Below, piece by piece: positions 40,651 to 53,747 of a DNA stretch of 64,000 bases. The notes beneath the pieces are model-generated. The model was not told the DNA's origin. It saw only the letters and a program-made list of their open reading frames with translations, and did not search any database. The stretch covers positions 1,240,001-1,304,000 of the forward strand of contig CM007990.1 in NCBI GenBank assembly GCA_002189035.1, written 5' to 3'. A program made the translations under genes and the position numbers. Source of the DNA: Utricularia gibba (taxonomy: Eukaryota; Plantae; Magnoliophyta). The stretch's first letter is position 1, and the number at the start of each line of letters is the position of its first letter.

Positions 40651-41586
40651 AAGTCATTATTCGGTAAATGCGGACAAAGTGGATTTATGTCGTGCAGCTT
40701 AAATTAATCCACGATTAGGTTAGGAACAATCCAAGGTTAGTCAATATAAAATATCGTCATCGTTAATTTAGTATTACATAGAGTATTTTATTAATGATAT
40801 ATTTAAATTATTTATAATTATATAAATACTATAAATATAAATTTATAATTTAATATATATTTTTAATGTTATTGTTTTAATATTTTATTTAGAATACATG
40901 AAAAAAGATAATTCAAATGTATTTGATTAATAAAATATGAAAGAAAAAATAATTTTGAAAAAAACATTAATGTGTTCAATATAACATATTATTCATTAAT
41001 ATACATGTTTTTATAATTATATTTATGTCTAATATTATCAAAATACTCATAGTAAAATGAAATTAAATTTACCTAATAAATAGATTAATTTATTTATTTT
41101 TCATCATAAATGGGATATTAAATAAGAAAATTATCCTAATCATAGTTTTAATTTTTAAAGAATCATTCTTACCAAAATAAGTAAGAGATATATTTATTAA
41201 GTGGGGATTAGCGGGGTGTGACGTGGGTCCCGCCACTAGGGACGAATCGCGTAGCCACATGATTATGTTTTCTGGGGAAGCCTTTTCAAGTTCCTAACAA
41301 TCTTTCCCCACGGATCTCTCTTGCGATTTTTTTTTTCTTTTTTTTGAATTTGAATTTCAATTGCTTCTTCCACCGAATCTTTCTCTCCGTCAATCCTTCT
41401 TCCTTCTTCCGGTTTCTAACCATCGGAAACACCTTTAACGGCGGTTGAGCAATCCCACTGAACGGCTGCTTTTTCAATTCCTCTTTTTTGTTTGTGCATT
41501 GCGGAAGGGGGCCCAGAAATCGCGTTTGGATTTGAATTGCTTTTGGGGTTACCTAGAAATATTGGTGGTTCTTTGGGGTGATTGGT

Positions 41587-43291
41587 ATGGGAGCGATGGT
41601 GATAAGCGGTTTCGAGGTGTCGGATGAGTTATTGGGGACACTTGTGCCGATAATTGTGTACTGGCTTTACTCGGGGATATATGTGTTGTTGGGTTCGCTT
41701 GAGAATTATAGGCTGCATACTAAGGAAGATGAGGATGAGAAGAATTTGGTGCCTAAGAAGGATGTGGTTAAAGGGGTGCTTCTTCAACAGGCTGTTCAGG
41801 CACTTATTGCGACTATCTTATTTGCTGTATGTGAAACTTTCTCTTTTTGTTCTGTTTTTGTTTTAAGATGAATGGATTCACTCATTTATTGCTTGTTAGT
41901 GGTTGGTCATTATAGTTTCAGTTATGCTGTATTAGTAAAGTTGTACTGCCCTTGGTGTTTAATACTATCTGTCAGATGTATTCCCTTCTGGCATTTGAAG
42001 AATCGAATTTCACATCAAGAAGCGTGTGTTTTCATTTTGAGAAAGCTCTTTTTTAGCCATGGCCATGAACTAGGGGAACACCAAGGCCTCCTAGACTTAG
42101 GGCATTTGTCTTTTCATTGTTTCTTTATGTTTTCATGTAAAATTCCTCTTTTGAGTAATGAAAAATATACCCTTTATTGAAAAAAGGATTGGTTGGCTGA
42201 ACGAGCAGTGAGGCAAGTTGAGCTGTTTTTTTTTTGTTTTCTGAAAATATGGAAAACCGAGCCGACAGGATTTACCTGCTTGCTTTCCTGTTGTAAGAGA
42301 TAAACATGGAGTTACCTTTCTTGTACACAAGAGTTTCCTTTTCATTGTTATGGGGGTCGGCTGGTTGGTCTACAAATTGGAAAACAGTTTTCTAACTTAG
42401 AATCTCTGATATTTTATCTTCTTTTATTGATATTGATATGTGGTGTTAATTTGTGAGATTAAATTAGGCGGAAATAGAAAAAAAGTAGTTGGTATCAGAA
42501 ATTGCCAACCTTTGATTTAGCTGGTTGAACTAAAAAGCTTTAGAGTGTATGAAAGTGCTTGTGTTTTTGATAGTTTTCTTAAACTAGGAACACACTACCC
42601 TGAAAAAGTGCTTAACATCTAGTATGAACTTCCTGAAGATTTAGAAATAGCACACTGCCTCTGTGTTGTATCTTCTCATAAGTTTTCTTCCCCCCTGTGT
42701 CCACGTTCTTATTGAAATTCCTTCTCTCAGGTTACTTCAAATGCTGATGATTCTGGAGAAGAACACTCAGAAAACGCTTCTCTCATTGCTCTAGCTATGC
42801 AGTTCCTGATTGCAATGGTCGTATTGGATACCTGGCAGTATTTCATGCACCGTTACCTGCATTACAACAAGTTCTTGTACCGGCACATCCATTCACAACA
42901 CCATCGCCTTATTGTCCCGTATGCCTTTGGAGCACTATACAACCATCCCTTAGAAGGCCTTCTTCTTGACACAGTTGGTGGAGCTCTGTCCTTCCTTGTG
43001 TCGGGCATGTCACCTCGAACCTCAATCTTCTTCTTCTCCTTTGCCACTCTCAAAACAGTAGATGATCACTGTGGACTATGGCTCCCTGGCAACCTCTTCC
43101 ACCTTCTCTTCAGAAACAACTCGGCATATCATGATATTCATCATCAGCTCTATGGGAGCAAGTACAATTTTTCGCAGCCATTTTTCGTGATGTGGGATCG
43201 TGTCCTTGGCACTTATCTGCCTTACTCACTTGAGAAGAGAAGCAATGGCGGGTTTCAAGCCCGGCCAGCCAAAGATTACAAGGAAGAATGA
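41587..43291 (+). CDS. SBH: Sphinganine C4-monooxygenase (sphingoid base hydroxylase), 2 exons, intron 41827-42730
   Basis: VSDELLGTLVPIIVYWLYSG, His boxes HRYLH, HSQHH and HDIHH, and QPFFVMWDRVLGTY. Confidence 0.97.
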
Positions 43292-43789
43292 GGTTGGCTT
43301 TGCTTCTTTGGTAGCATCTGTATGAGTATAGCGGTCTCCTGTCTCCATCTCCAGCATCTGAGTGCCACAACTGGTATATAAATTCATTTCCAAAGGAAAC
43401 CGGAGTAGCCTTAACATTCATTCTTTTCATGAGAGAAATGTTCATGTCTCTATTCGTTGTTTTCTATTCAATGTTTGCTTTCATGGTGTCCAAAGCCAGA
43501 CACAGTGATCGTATTCAGCAATCATTCCACAAATGAGCTTCTGGCCTGTGGCTCGCTACGGGATTGGACTGTGACCGAAGCAAGGTCAAGGGCATTCATT
43601 CTCTTATCAGTTCATAAACACAGATGTGTTGAATGAAGAAGAAGGATCTAAGAAACAATTAGCAACACCAAAACTTTCAGTAACTTGGGCAACATAATGT
43701 AAGTTGAACTGCCCTTCAAGGGCTGAGAACATCACAAGTAGAATGAGGGAATGCGTAAACCATCTTCAGGGGGGTCTCAGACTTCCATT

Positions 43790-44663
<874 letters not shown>

Positions 44664-44784
44664 TTTCTCAGCTACACCTCACGTCCACTCTCCGGCGCCC
44701 TCGATTTCTCAACCCTACGGCGGTTCCACAGTTCCGCGTTGATGCACGAACAGATCCGTTATATACGCTGGTGTTGCCCTAGTA

Positions 44785-44860
44785 TATATGGGCCCAACCC
44801 CAAGCCCAATATTCTTATTGAACTGTGCCAACTAAACCAATGTAACTGCCTGGCCCAATT
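44785..44860. promoter_or_regulatory. Site II motifs upstream of RPL34 (telo-box AAACCCTAA also in an intron at 44272)
   Basis: TGGGCC, AGCCCA and GGCCCA motifs. Confidence 0.6.
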
Positions 44861-45124
44861 GTTCATAATTCTTAAATATATAATTAATTAAATTATTCTA
44901 TTACACATTTTCTTATAATTTTTAATTTTAAAATAGATTACATTATTTTTAAAATTTTAGAATTCTTTTTAATTCGAAATACAAATAAACTTCCAAAGAT
45001 GGTAGTATTATCCAATTGGACCCGAACCGGAACCGAAACCCGATTTCTATTCAAACCGATTGCAACACTACAACAAATGTCTGTGAGGAAGTAGTTTGTC
45101 TCTGGGGGGAAGAAGCTGCTCCTG

Positions 45125-46330
45125 CTACGCTACAACAAGTCCTCTGCTTTGAGCAGACTGAACCACGAAGGTGAAACGTGCCGCAGCCAGAGCTGCCGCC
45201 TCCTGCGTCATACAATCATGGTTACCGCAAACGGGTCGGGAATCGGGGAAGGAATCAAGGTGTACCTGTCTTTGCCGGAGCCGCTGCAAGATGCTGACGG
45301 CCCATATCAGGATGTAGAACGGAAGGAGGAACCGGAAAACTCGAAACCAGAACAGCTGCAGGCATTCAGAGGGAGGATGAGACCAGACCAGAGCATTGGA
45401 TTCTTCAGCTACAAATACTTACGGAGAAGAATGCTGAGGAGTCGTCCCCTCCGGCTCCTCCTCCGCTTTCTGTGATGGAGAGGGCGTGTCTCAGAAGTAA
45501 AAAGGCCATCAACTGCAAGGGAGGAGCAGGATGAAACGCAGTGGAAACAAGTTGGAACGAAATGGGAGGGATGAAGGCTTACTATAAGAGCAGCACATCG
45601 ATAAAATGCAGTGCCTGCAGTGTTTTCAGAGTCGTAATCATCATCATAATCGGCTTCTATCAGTTGATGCTCAGACAGAAGGCGTGGATCATGAAGGTCC
45701 AGAGGGGTGCCGGATATCTGCCATAGCTCCCCTATATGGATGCTAGTCTCATCAAAAGAAGGACGATGAGGCGCTGTATAGCCACGCCGATAAGGCTGAG
45801 AGCACCATCAAGATGAAACTTAAAAGAATGTACACCAAGCAAAGAATGATCTTCGGGGCACAGAAAATATATAGCCAAACCATTCCCATTTCCAAAAGGG
45901 CGATCTTTTCAGGTAAAACACAAGTGAAGTTGCAGAGAAATGAGTTTCAATTCAATACCTGATGGCATATTTCACAGTTTGTATCTCCCTTCTCATTGCA
46001 CCAACGTTGAACACATTTCCTGTGAGCATACTGCAGATATGGATTTGTAAAAAGTATTCTTTTGAAAACTGAACCAGACATCTTATTTCAAACCAGAAGA
46101 ACTATCGATATTTACCTTGAGACTCCCACTGCATGCACAGGGACTCTCCAAATTGTTAAGAGAATCCTCATCTTGACAAATTCGACACTCACCGCTCCCT
46201 ATGAAAGGTGATTTTTCATCGCCATAGTCGTCCACCACCACCACTACGGCTCCTTGAGGCAGCCCCTGGCTTGTTCCAGGAGCCGCATAATGCGGCATCC
46301 TATCCCAATTCGGCTCCAAATGCCCCTCAT
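45125..46330 (-). CDS. RING-CH (C4HC3, RINGv) membrane E3 ligase with DUF3675-type region, 6 exons
   Basis: ECRICQDED...[11 protein letters not shown]|[23 protein letters not shown]|PYRRGYTAP, two TM exons and a final EAAALAA exon. The start at 46330 needs one extra base at 46323-46326, otherwise the start is at MPHY. Confidence 0.92.
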
Positions 46331-46868
46331 TGGACAATGTTTTTCTTTTTCTACCAGGGACAAAACTAACCACGCAAAAAAGAGCAACGATCTGGGAAGA
46401 CTGCAAGATACAACTACGGCTTGAGCTTCTTTTACAATAACCCCAAAAGACGAATACACCAAATGCTTGAAGAAAACCTCGAAGCAACGATCTGGGAAGA
46501 AATCTAACAAGACACAACGCGTAAGTCGCAAAAAAGCTTCGATGGGTATGACTGAAAACGAAAGAAAGTCATCCGATCACGCTGGGAAACGCAGCGGGAC
46601 CAGAGAATTCTTTTCAAAGAGGACCCAAATGGCAAATGCGCAATCAATAGAAAGTAACAAAAAAAAATGAGAAATGAGGGAGAATAAGGCAAAGAAAAGC
46701 GCAAGGGGTGTCTATAAATCCAGGGGAAGCAAAGATCGCGACTTTCTCTCCTGACCAAAGAAATTTGATGAATCAGCTGCCGCAGCCAGATGCACCAATC
46801 TTCCTTCAATAATGATTTCACCTCTGGTTCATCAATTTCCTCAAATGATTCAGAGAGCCGACGCATTC

Positions 46869-46952
46869 GACCGTTGGGAGGCGAGCCCACCTCCAGATCA
46901 TCATCACCTTCTAGGTTACATTCCGCGATCTCCGATGGATTCGACCGTTAGG
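46869..46952 (-). promoter_or_regulatory. Two MSA-like (YCYAACGGYY) elements within a roughly 20-bp direct repeat
   Basis: Minus-strand CCCAACGGTC (46869-46878) and CCTAACGGTC (46943-46952). Confidence 0.45.
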
Positions 46953-48513
46953 AGGCAAGGGTCGGTCCCACCTTAAAAATATCTTCCACTTGAAAGCATT
47001 GAAAGAAATGCATGGGTGGGGTCCATTGTCACTTCCCTCGATAAATTTCACACTTTTAATTTATTTTAATTCTATAATAAATATTCTCTAAACAATTAAA
47101 TGCATGCCATATATACCAAGATTCTTGTTCATTTAAGGTGTGTTACAAATTTGGACACCCTCTAATATATTTTTTTAATGTAGTATGTGTGATTAGATTT
47201 GCAAATAACTCGTTGAATTTATATGATATTATTCGTTTCATATGTTCAAATTTTATGATTATATTATTTATTTTGTAGTTCTTACCAAATATTGTTTGGA
47301 AAAAAAAAATCTACTTTCAACATTTTCGTAATCATTCTATTTAATTTTATCCAAAAAATAGTTTTATGAAGAGCATGATCGAGTTTCGCGATGGGAATCA
47401 CAACAAGAATCCAAAGAGTCGTCGTAGGGTTTAGGAAATGGGGTTTCCACTACGCAAGCTGTTTGCTGTTGCTGCGTCTCCGGCCACATGCCGACGGATG
47501 GAGACGGCAGCGCCTGGACGGTTGTGCATTTGGAGGGTGATGTCGGCTGAGACTCCAGTGCCTTACACCTAACCATCCACCATTACAATATCCAGACAAT
47601 TTGGCTGCTGCTTTCCGTCTTCTGGGGAGAATTCAGTGGGTTCAGGAACAGGGTTTCTTCGCCTGTCGCTCCTGGTTTCTCACCTCATTGCACTACGCTT
47701 TTCCCCATGGTTTCTCATACCCAAAACGCAAACAGCTTTTGGATAAAAAAAAACCTCTAACTATAAATTTACTATTAGAACAAAAAAATCCATAGCAATA
47801 AATAATCAAGTATATAAAATTTGTAAATCACAATTAATTGATTTTTATTATTTTTATTATAAATTTATATTTTTTATATAATTGAACTTCACATGAATTC
47901 ATTCGATTCATCAAATACTTAATTTCAACAAACCAATCACATCATAGTTACTCGCTTAGTCTGCATGCTTACCCATGTTTTCTAATACATAGGTGATACA
48001 GAAAACACTTGAATAACCTCCCTAATTCGTGTTATGTGAGTTCTTATTGATTAAAAGTTTATCTATTCTAAATAAATATAAAAAACGTTTTTTTAATTAA
48101 TTTTCTCAATTATACATTATTAAGATCATTAATTTTGATCTAGTAACGAACCCCATGTCTACAAGTCTTTGAGTCTAAAAATTCATTTCGAATATAAAAT
48201 ATAATAACATTTTAAATACGTAATAATTCAAATATATCGATAATTAAATTATTCTGTTAAATATAATTTTATAACGTATATTTTATCTAAATACAATATA
48301 TAAAATACTAGAATGATGAAATTATCGTGAGAAACCCAATCTTGAGAACCTTCATGACTTATGTAATGAACTTTAATGTGGAAACTGTCATAACCCTTTA
48401 AAAGAATAACTCTTTAATCCTTGAGATGGCGGCAGAGTTGGCGAAGGGAACTGAATTCATTTCAGATCAAGTGGGGTTTCGCATCAGAATGAAGAAGCCC
48501 GCATCTGCAGAGC

Positions 48514-48943
48514 TCAATCTCTAGTTGGTGGATTTGGATTGTGGCGATTGTTTGGTCCTGAGCCAGGGTAGTCATCGATCTCAATGTCCATTTGGTTTTG
48601 TTTCTGGGGTGCTTCTTTCCGAGCTTTCCTTCGATCCTCCGCTTGATGCGCCGTCTGTGTGCGATCAGAGAACGTTTACATACTGTCAGGGCGTGTGAAA
48701 GAGATTTGTAATGAAAAAGGACTCGCCTTTGTTCTGCTGAGCGGGGAAGAAACAGCAGCATGTCCGTATCCCACTAGGCGACCTCCTCCTGCATGAACAG
48801 AAGACGCGCTGTCAGAAAACAGGAGTGTTGTTTTTGAGTTGTAACTTCTGTAGAAGTCGGGAAATAGTACTGGAAGTTGGGAGATTGGTGAACAAAAAGA
48901 TGGAGATAGCAAGTGCCACGATCACGGCTGCACGAGCGGCCAT
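48514..48943 (-). CDS. PSY: PSY-type tyrosine-sulfated peptide precursor, probably 3 exons
   Basis: Signal peptide MAARAAVIVALAISIFLFT and C-terminal MDIEIDDYPGSGPNNRHNP (48573-48535). TATAAAT lies about 50 bp upstream. A putative GC-AG intron spans 48726-48655. The exon 1-2 join is off by one base. Confidence 0.8.
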
Positions 48944-49409
48944 TTTCGATGTCTGAGCGCACTGTCATTCGTTCTCCAATGGCTGCTGCCCATTTATACA
49001 GCGAGGAAGAAGGAGATATGCCTACCTTTTGAAGCGCGAAGCAAATGGAGAGGTAATCATCTCCCCCACCCCACACGTCTCTGATGTGAGGGCTGCTTCG
49101 TACACACAGCGCCCACAAAGTTTCAAGAAATTGGAGTTCGTGGGAATAGCAGGAACTCATACTTTCATGGTGCGGTTGGAACAGCAAGTGTGTCTAGTGG
49201 GATTCTGAGATAAGGCTCCCTATTGATGGAGAAGCTTTAATGGAGCACTTGTGATGATGGGGTTTATTAAGTCAACGCACATCAGTATCATTGAAAACAA
49301 GACGATTACATTATTCTGGATACTGCAAGAGTCGATTTTGGGAGGAGGAGATAGAAGAACCGACTCAGGAAACTGGTCTTCCAGCTCCAAGATCGATTTT
49401 TGAGACTGG

Positions 49410-50306
49410 TTAGGGGATTAAACTTTGATTGATCTGTTGCTGTGATGCGAACAAATCTTCTCCAACCCAAGAAAGTCGATAAATTGTGGAGGGTTTGCGT
49501 CATCATCTGGCGTCTCCATTCTGTTGCTCAAAGATTCCAGACTCCAACTCCAGTAACTGTTGCTTCTCTCTGCTCCTGTTGATTTTGGTTGATGGGTTTG
49601 AGAGTAGAAAGTGTATATGGCAGTGGGATACCTTGTGGAAAACAAGACATGGCTCCAACATCAAAGTTTTGGAAAGCAAACCTGGTAGGGAACACAGGGC
49701 CGATCGTCGATGCCGGAATCCGGCAACTGTTTTGTTGTCACCACCGTGGAGCCCCGCCGCCGGAAAATTATCTTCGTCGTCCCGGAAAACCAAGTGCCCC
49801 GAAGTTCTCTTTCTCGTACGATGAGTAGATTGCTCACGTTATTTTCTTGCCATCACTACATGCCAATGGTTCTTCACTGCATTATCCGTTCTGCCCGGAA
49901 ACAGCCGCGCTATCATCGCCCATTTGTTGCCGTAGAGGCGGTGTGCCGCCATCAGCCGGTCTTCACAAGAACCGTTGCATAACAAGGATAACTTCCGTAC
50001 AAGATAATGAATGCTTTTCATGTTACCTGATCTTCCTTCCAGTCCCTGAGATATCAGGTTCCAGTTTTGTGGGCCGTAAAGGGCGACGAGTTCTCTGAGC
50101 ATAGAGTCCTCTGCAGGTCTCCAATGGCCTCTTGCGCAAGCCTTTGAATGTGCTTGGGATTCTTCGCATTCGCCGTCGTTCGATGCGGCGGTGTTCAGAT
50201 CAAATGCACGGTTGTGAAGACGAGGAAAAACGCAGTTCGGTAACTCGGAGGAGCTTGCAGTTTCAGTATCCTTCTTGCCTGGAAACCCTTTGCTCAAAAA
50301 CGCCAT
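49410..50306 (-). pseudogene. R2R3-MYB (subgroup 21, MYB105/117-like) pseudogene or truncated allele
   Basis: R2 start [19 protein letters not shown] and R3 [34 protein letters not shown]. About 25 codons (KSCRLRWFNQLDPRI...) are absent. TAA replaces Tyr at 49839-49841. The FIDFLG(VG) tail motif is in a shifted frame. Confidence 0.88.
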
Positions 50307-50858
50307 TTCTATAAGCAGACAAGGGAAGAAGCTATTGGGACTCCATGCAGGCGGTGTGGCCATCTCTCTATATAGAATCTTGTTACCTAATCTGTACTCT
50401 CAGTTCTATAAACAAGGCTTTTATAGTTCCTGGAGATCAGCTCATGTCACACTCGTGATACAAGATAATTGGGGTTTACAAGTTTTATCCATTGATCCAG
50501 TTAATACCTGTTTTTTTTAGATTGTAGTTAGTGATTGGATCGCAAATCGATATAATTTTTATCGTATAAGTTCAATTCATATCCTTACGTTTTTTTTTTA
50601 TTTTTTTGTTAATCAAAACTCGGACAACATGAAATCTATTTCGGACACCTAAACTATAACGTGATGTAAATGTTTTAGTACCATGTTGAAATTAAGAATA
50701 CGATGGATGGAACAAATACATATAAAATTAATTATACAATAAATATGAATGATATTAAAAAATATTATACTTAATTAATTATTAATGATTTACAATTTAT
50801 TATACAATTCATTATTTTACTTTTAAATCTGAATTATTTGTTCTAATACATACACACA

Positions 50859-51745
50859 TCATCTGATCCCAGATAAGTGATCCTCGGTTCCCAAGAGGTG
50901 CCTGCGGTGGCAGCTCCGATAGACTGGTTTTCTACCGCGCACAACGGAAAGAAGGGCTTCGTGTACATTATCCTGTTCACCGTTGTTGGCCTGCACAGCC
51001 GACAAAGCTAGTGGATGCTCATTTGCCGATTGAAATTTGATCTGGTATGCAATTTTGGATGAAAATTTGGAAAACTCTCATGAATAATCTGTTACTTCAA
51101 AAGGTGATCTGATGGACAAAGATGGTAACGTGGGGGAGTCACAAAAGTAAAAGAGGGGCAAAACCAACTACACAAGGAACCAGTTGAGTTGCAAGTCTCC
51201 ATCTTTCAACAGTTTCATGAGCAAGCTGACAGAAAAGATGGCTTCTTGAAGAACTGAGATGTCTTCATGGATCAGGTTTCAAGTCTAAAATCTCACTCAA
51301 AGTAGCAGTCCTATTGCAACATAAAAATTACCCCTTAAAATACAAGATCTGTGAGTTGTCAGTAGTTTTGCAACCCTAAAGCATCATTCTTTTGTATGTC
51401 CAACACAAGAACTCACACCTTTTTCCAACATTTCTTCTGCAACCAAGGCAAAAGACCATTGTCTAAGAGCACCCCTAGAACATCATGGGAGTTTAGTAGC
51501 AGTAAGCCCTTCTCTGCAACCATTTCAAAATCCAATGGCAAAGCTTTAGGGGGTGATCTGAAGCATCATCCCACTATGTGGATAGATGATGAGCATGTGA
51601 AAGACTGGCATGAAAAGTGGAACCCCATAGTCCTTGCAGATTAGGAGACAAACAAGGGACTGAAGTACCCACAACACAACAAAGGATGTACCTATTTTAC
51701 GCAGAGAGCTCTCCCATTCAAGAACCCTATCAAGTAGATGCATTT
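50859..51745 (-). pseudogene. Possible relic of a multi-exon gene of unknown family
   Basis: Exon-like segments have canonical flanks (51745-51692 MHLLDRVLEWESSLRKI; LNSHDVLGVLLDNGLLPWLQKKCWKK|gt; final exon ending 50859), but with an internal stop and frame breaks. Confidence 0.3.
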
Positions 51746-52780
51746 CTGCAGGCACACAGCACTAGATGCAGATGGTGAAGCTCTAGAGGCTAAAACTCAT
51801 CTCAAAGATCACAAATCAACATCCCCAACTGACCACAAACGCGACTTAGGTAGAGAAAATAAATATAATTAGGAAGCAAGGGATGGAAGAAGCGTTCCTA
51901 GAACCCTAGAACTTGCCTCAGAATAACCAATGAACCCTAGGGAGAAGGTTTAATGTCCCTGCCTGTGTACAGTTCCACTGTTCAGTACTCTTTGCAGTGG
52001 GTCTCAACAGTAAATGAAGGACATCTCTTTGGTACTAGGAAGCTGAGAGCATGCTTGTTTTTAGTGTACATAACGGGTTGCTCATTCCTAACAATGGCAC
52101 TTCAATGGAGTTACTTTATCGTTTAAGAACCATAAATTAGAAAAGGATTCATACGGGTGCTCATCTGTTACACAAAGTGATGTCAATTGTGACTGCAATA
52201 CTGTAACTCAGACATCCAAAAGTACCAAGTACTCAGACGATAAGATGCAGAAATGGGCAGTGCACGCAAACTGCAACAGCCAGGCAATCATCACCATCTT
52301 CATTTGTGTTGTTTGATGCGCCTTTTTCCTACACACTTCAGGCCTGTGTACCAAGCACCTAGGAAGATAAGATGTGCTCGCCATTGCTCACACACATCAA
52401 TTAAACGACTTGATTTATAATTGGTTTGGAATAACTTTTGATTTTGAAAAAAAAATGTTCTAAAAACAGTTTTGTTACTAAATACGATTGATTTAACAGT
52501 TTTTCTTATGAAACATGATCGATTTTTATTAAAAAAAAATTAAAATTGCTTCTTATTTTAAAAAATATAAAGAATCCATTTCTATTTTATTAGGAGTAAT
52601 TTTCAAAATTTTCTCGATTAATTCTGAGCTTTAAATTCAAGTGGGCCTTCACATAATATTTGGGAATGTGTTGGGTCGTGGCGGATCTATAGACCGGATT
52701 ATGATATTGAGCCCGGCCCAGATTTAGTTCCTCCGCCGGACTGAATCAAGCTATGTACGGTCTTCGAAAAGCACTGTAGT

Positions 52781-53747
52781 ATGGCGTTGAGAGTGGCGAG
52801 TGGAGGAGGCGCGGGTGGATCCATGCAGCGCCTCACACGTTGCCGCCGTCGGAAACTCCCGTTTTGAATTTCGCCTTCATGGAAATGCCGCCATTGGTTT
52901 CACCGAATTGAAGCGGTTTCGGTATCGGAATTGTGGATCCGAGGATGTCTTCACTTCTTGGAGGAATGGGACTGATGGATGTTCCCAAGAAGAAAGTAAA
53001 TAACCTGCATTTCCCTATTTCTGGGCTTTCTTAATGTTCCCTGGATTCACCCATCCTTAATACTTCCAGGATAGGTTACGTAGAGTCGTGTATGCAACTT
53101 ATGTGGGGCTCCTGTTTTGGTATTCTTAATTCATCATCCCTGTGTTTCTGGGCCTTTTCTGCTAAACATCTCGAATATATGTTGTTAGCTGTTGATCATC
53201 TGGTCCTCCTGTGTAACATTCAAAAGCCTCGCTTCCGTCGAATTAGATTCCTGTATTAGGGTAGTCCTCACCAGAAAGGCATCGTTCTTTGCAGGTATGC
53301 TCTTACTCTTTTCGAAAAGATCTGGTTGTAAATTCAAAGACGGTTCTACCTGATTGTTTGATTCATCTTCTCTAAAACCACATCGAGCATCTGAAGTAGG
53401 ACTGAATGGTGCCTACTCATTGATTCCATCGCTTACATCTTGGTAACATTGAAAGATTCTTCTTTTGACTTCACAACATGAAACCAATTAAATCACATGG
53501 GATAGTTCCCTGGGAGGCCCCTTCTACTACATTATTCGTTTCAGTCGTGAATGCTGGCTCCCTGATTGATGCCAAAGTTTGCATTGGAAACTTGTCTGTG
53601 CATTAGATATTCCTGTTTGCTAGGCAGTACTCAATCAAGTTACATGTACGTTGTTTTCATGATAAAGTTTTGAATGCTTTCAGGGACGTGTGAAGCTACT
53701 GCACTTCCAACTGTTGTAGTGGGGTTAAGCCAGATCCAGGAAGTTGA
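52781..53747 (+). pseudogene. Mitochondrial ribosomal protein L32 (bL32m) pseudogene, 3 exons
   Basis: GGMGLMDVPKKK|, GSPHQKGI-VLCR| and GRVKLLHF/CCSG match plant L32 MAVPKKKVSPHKRGIRNG...CGRVKLPHF.CCSG. There is an in-frame stop, frameshifts, and the RNGPKALKP segment is missing. Confidence 0.75.

Noticed and set aside
48850-49000. PPR DYW-domain fragment on the plus strand (HCHSFSNGCC)
   Set aside because: It lacks the HxE and CxDC motifs, and the region is explained by the PSY gene on the minus strand.
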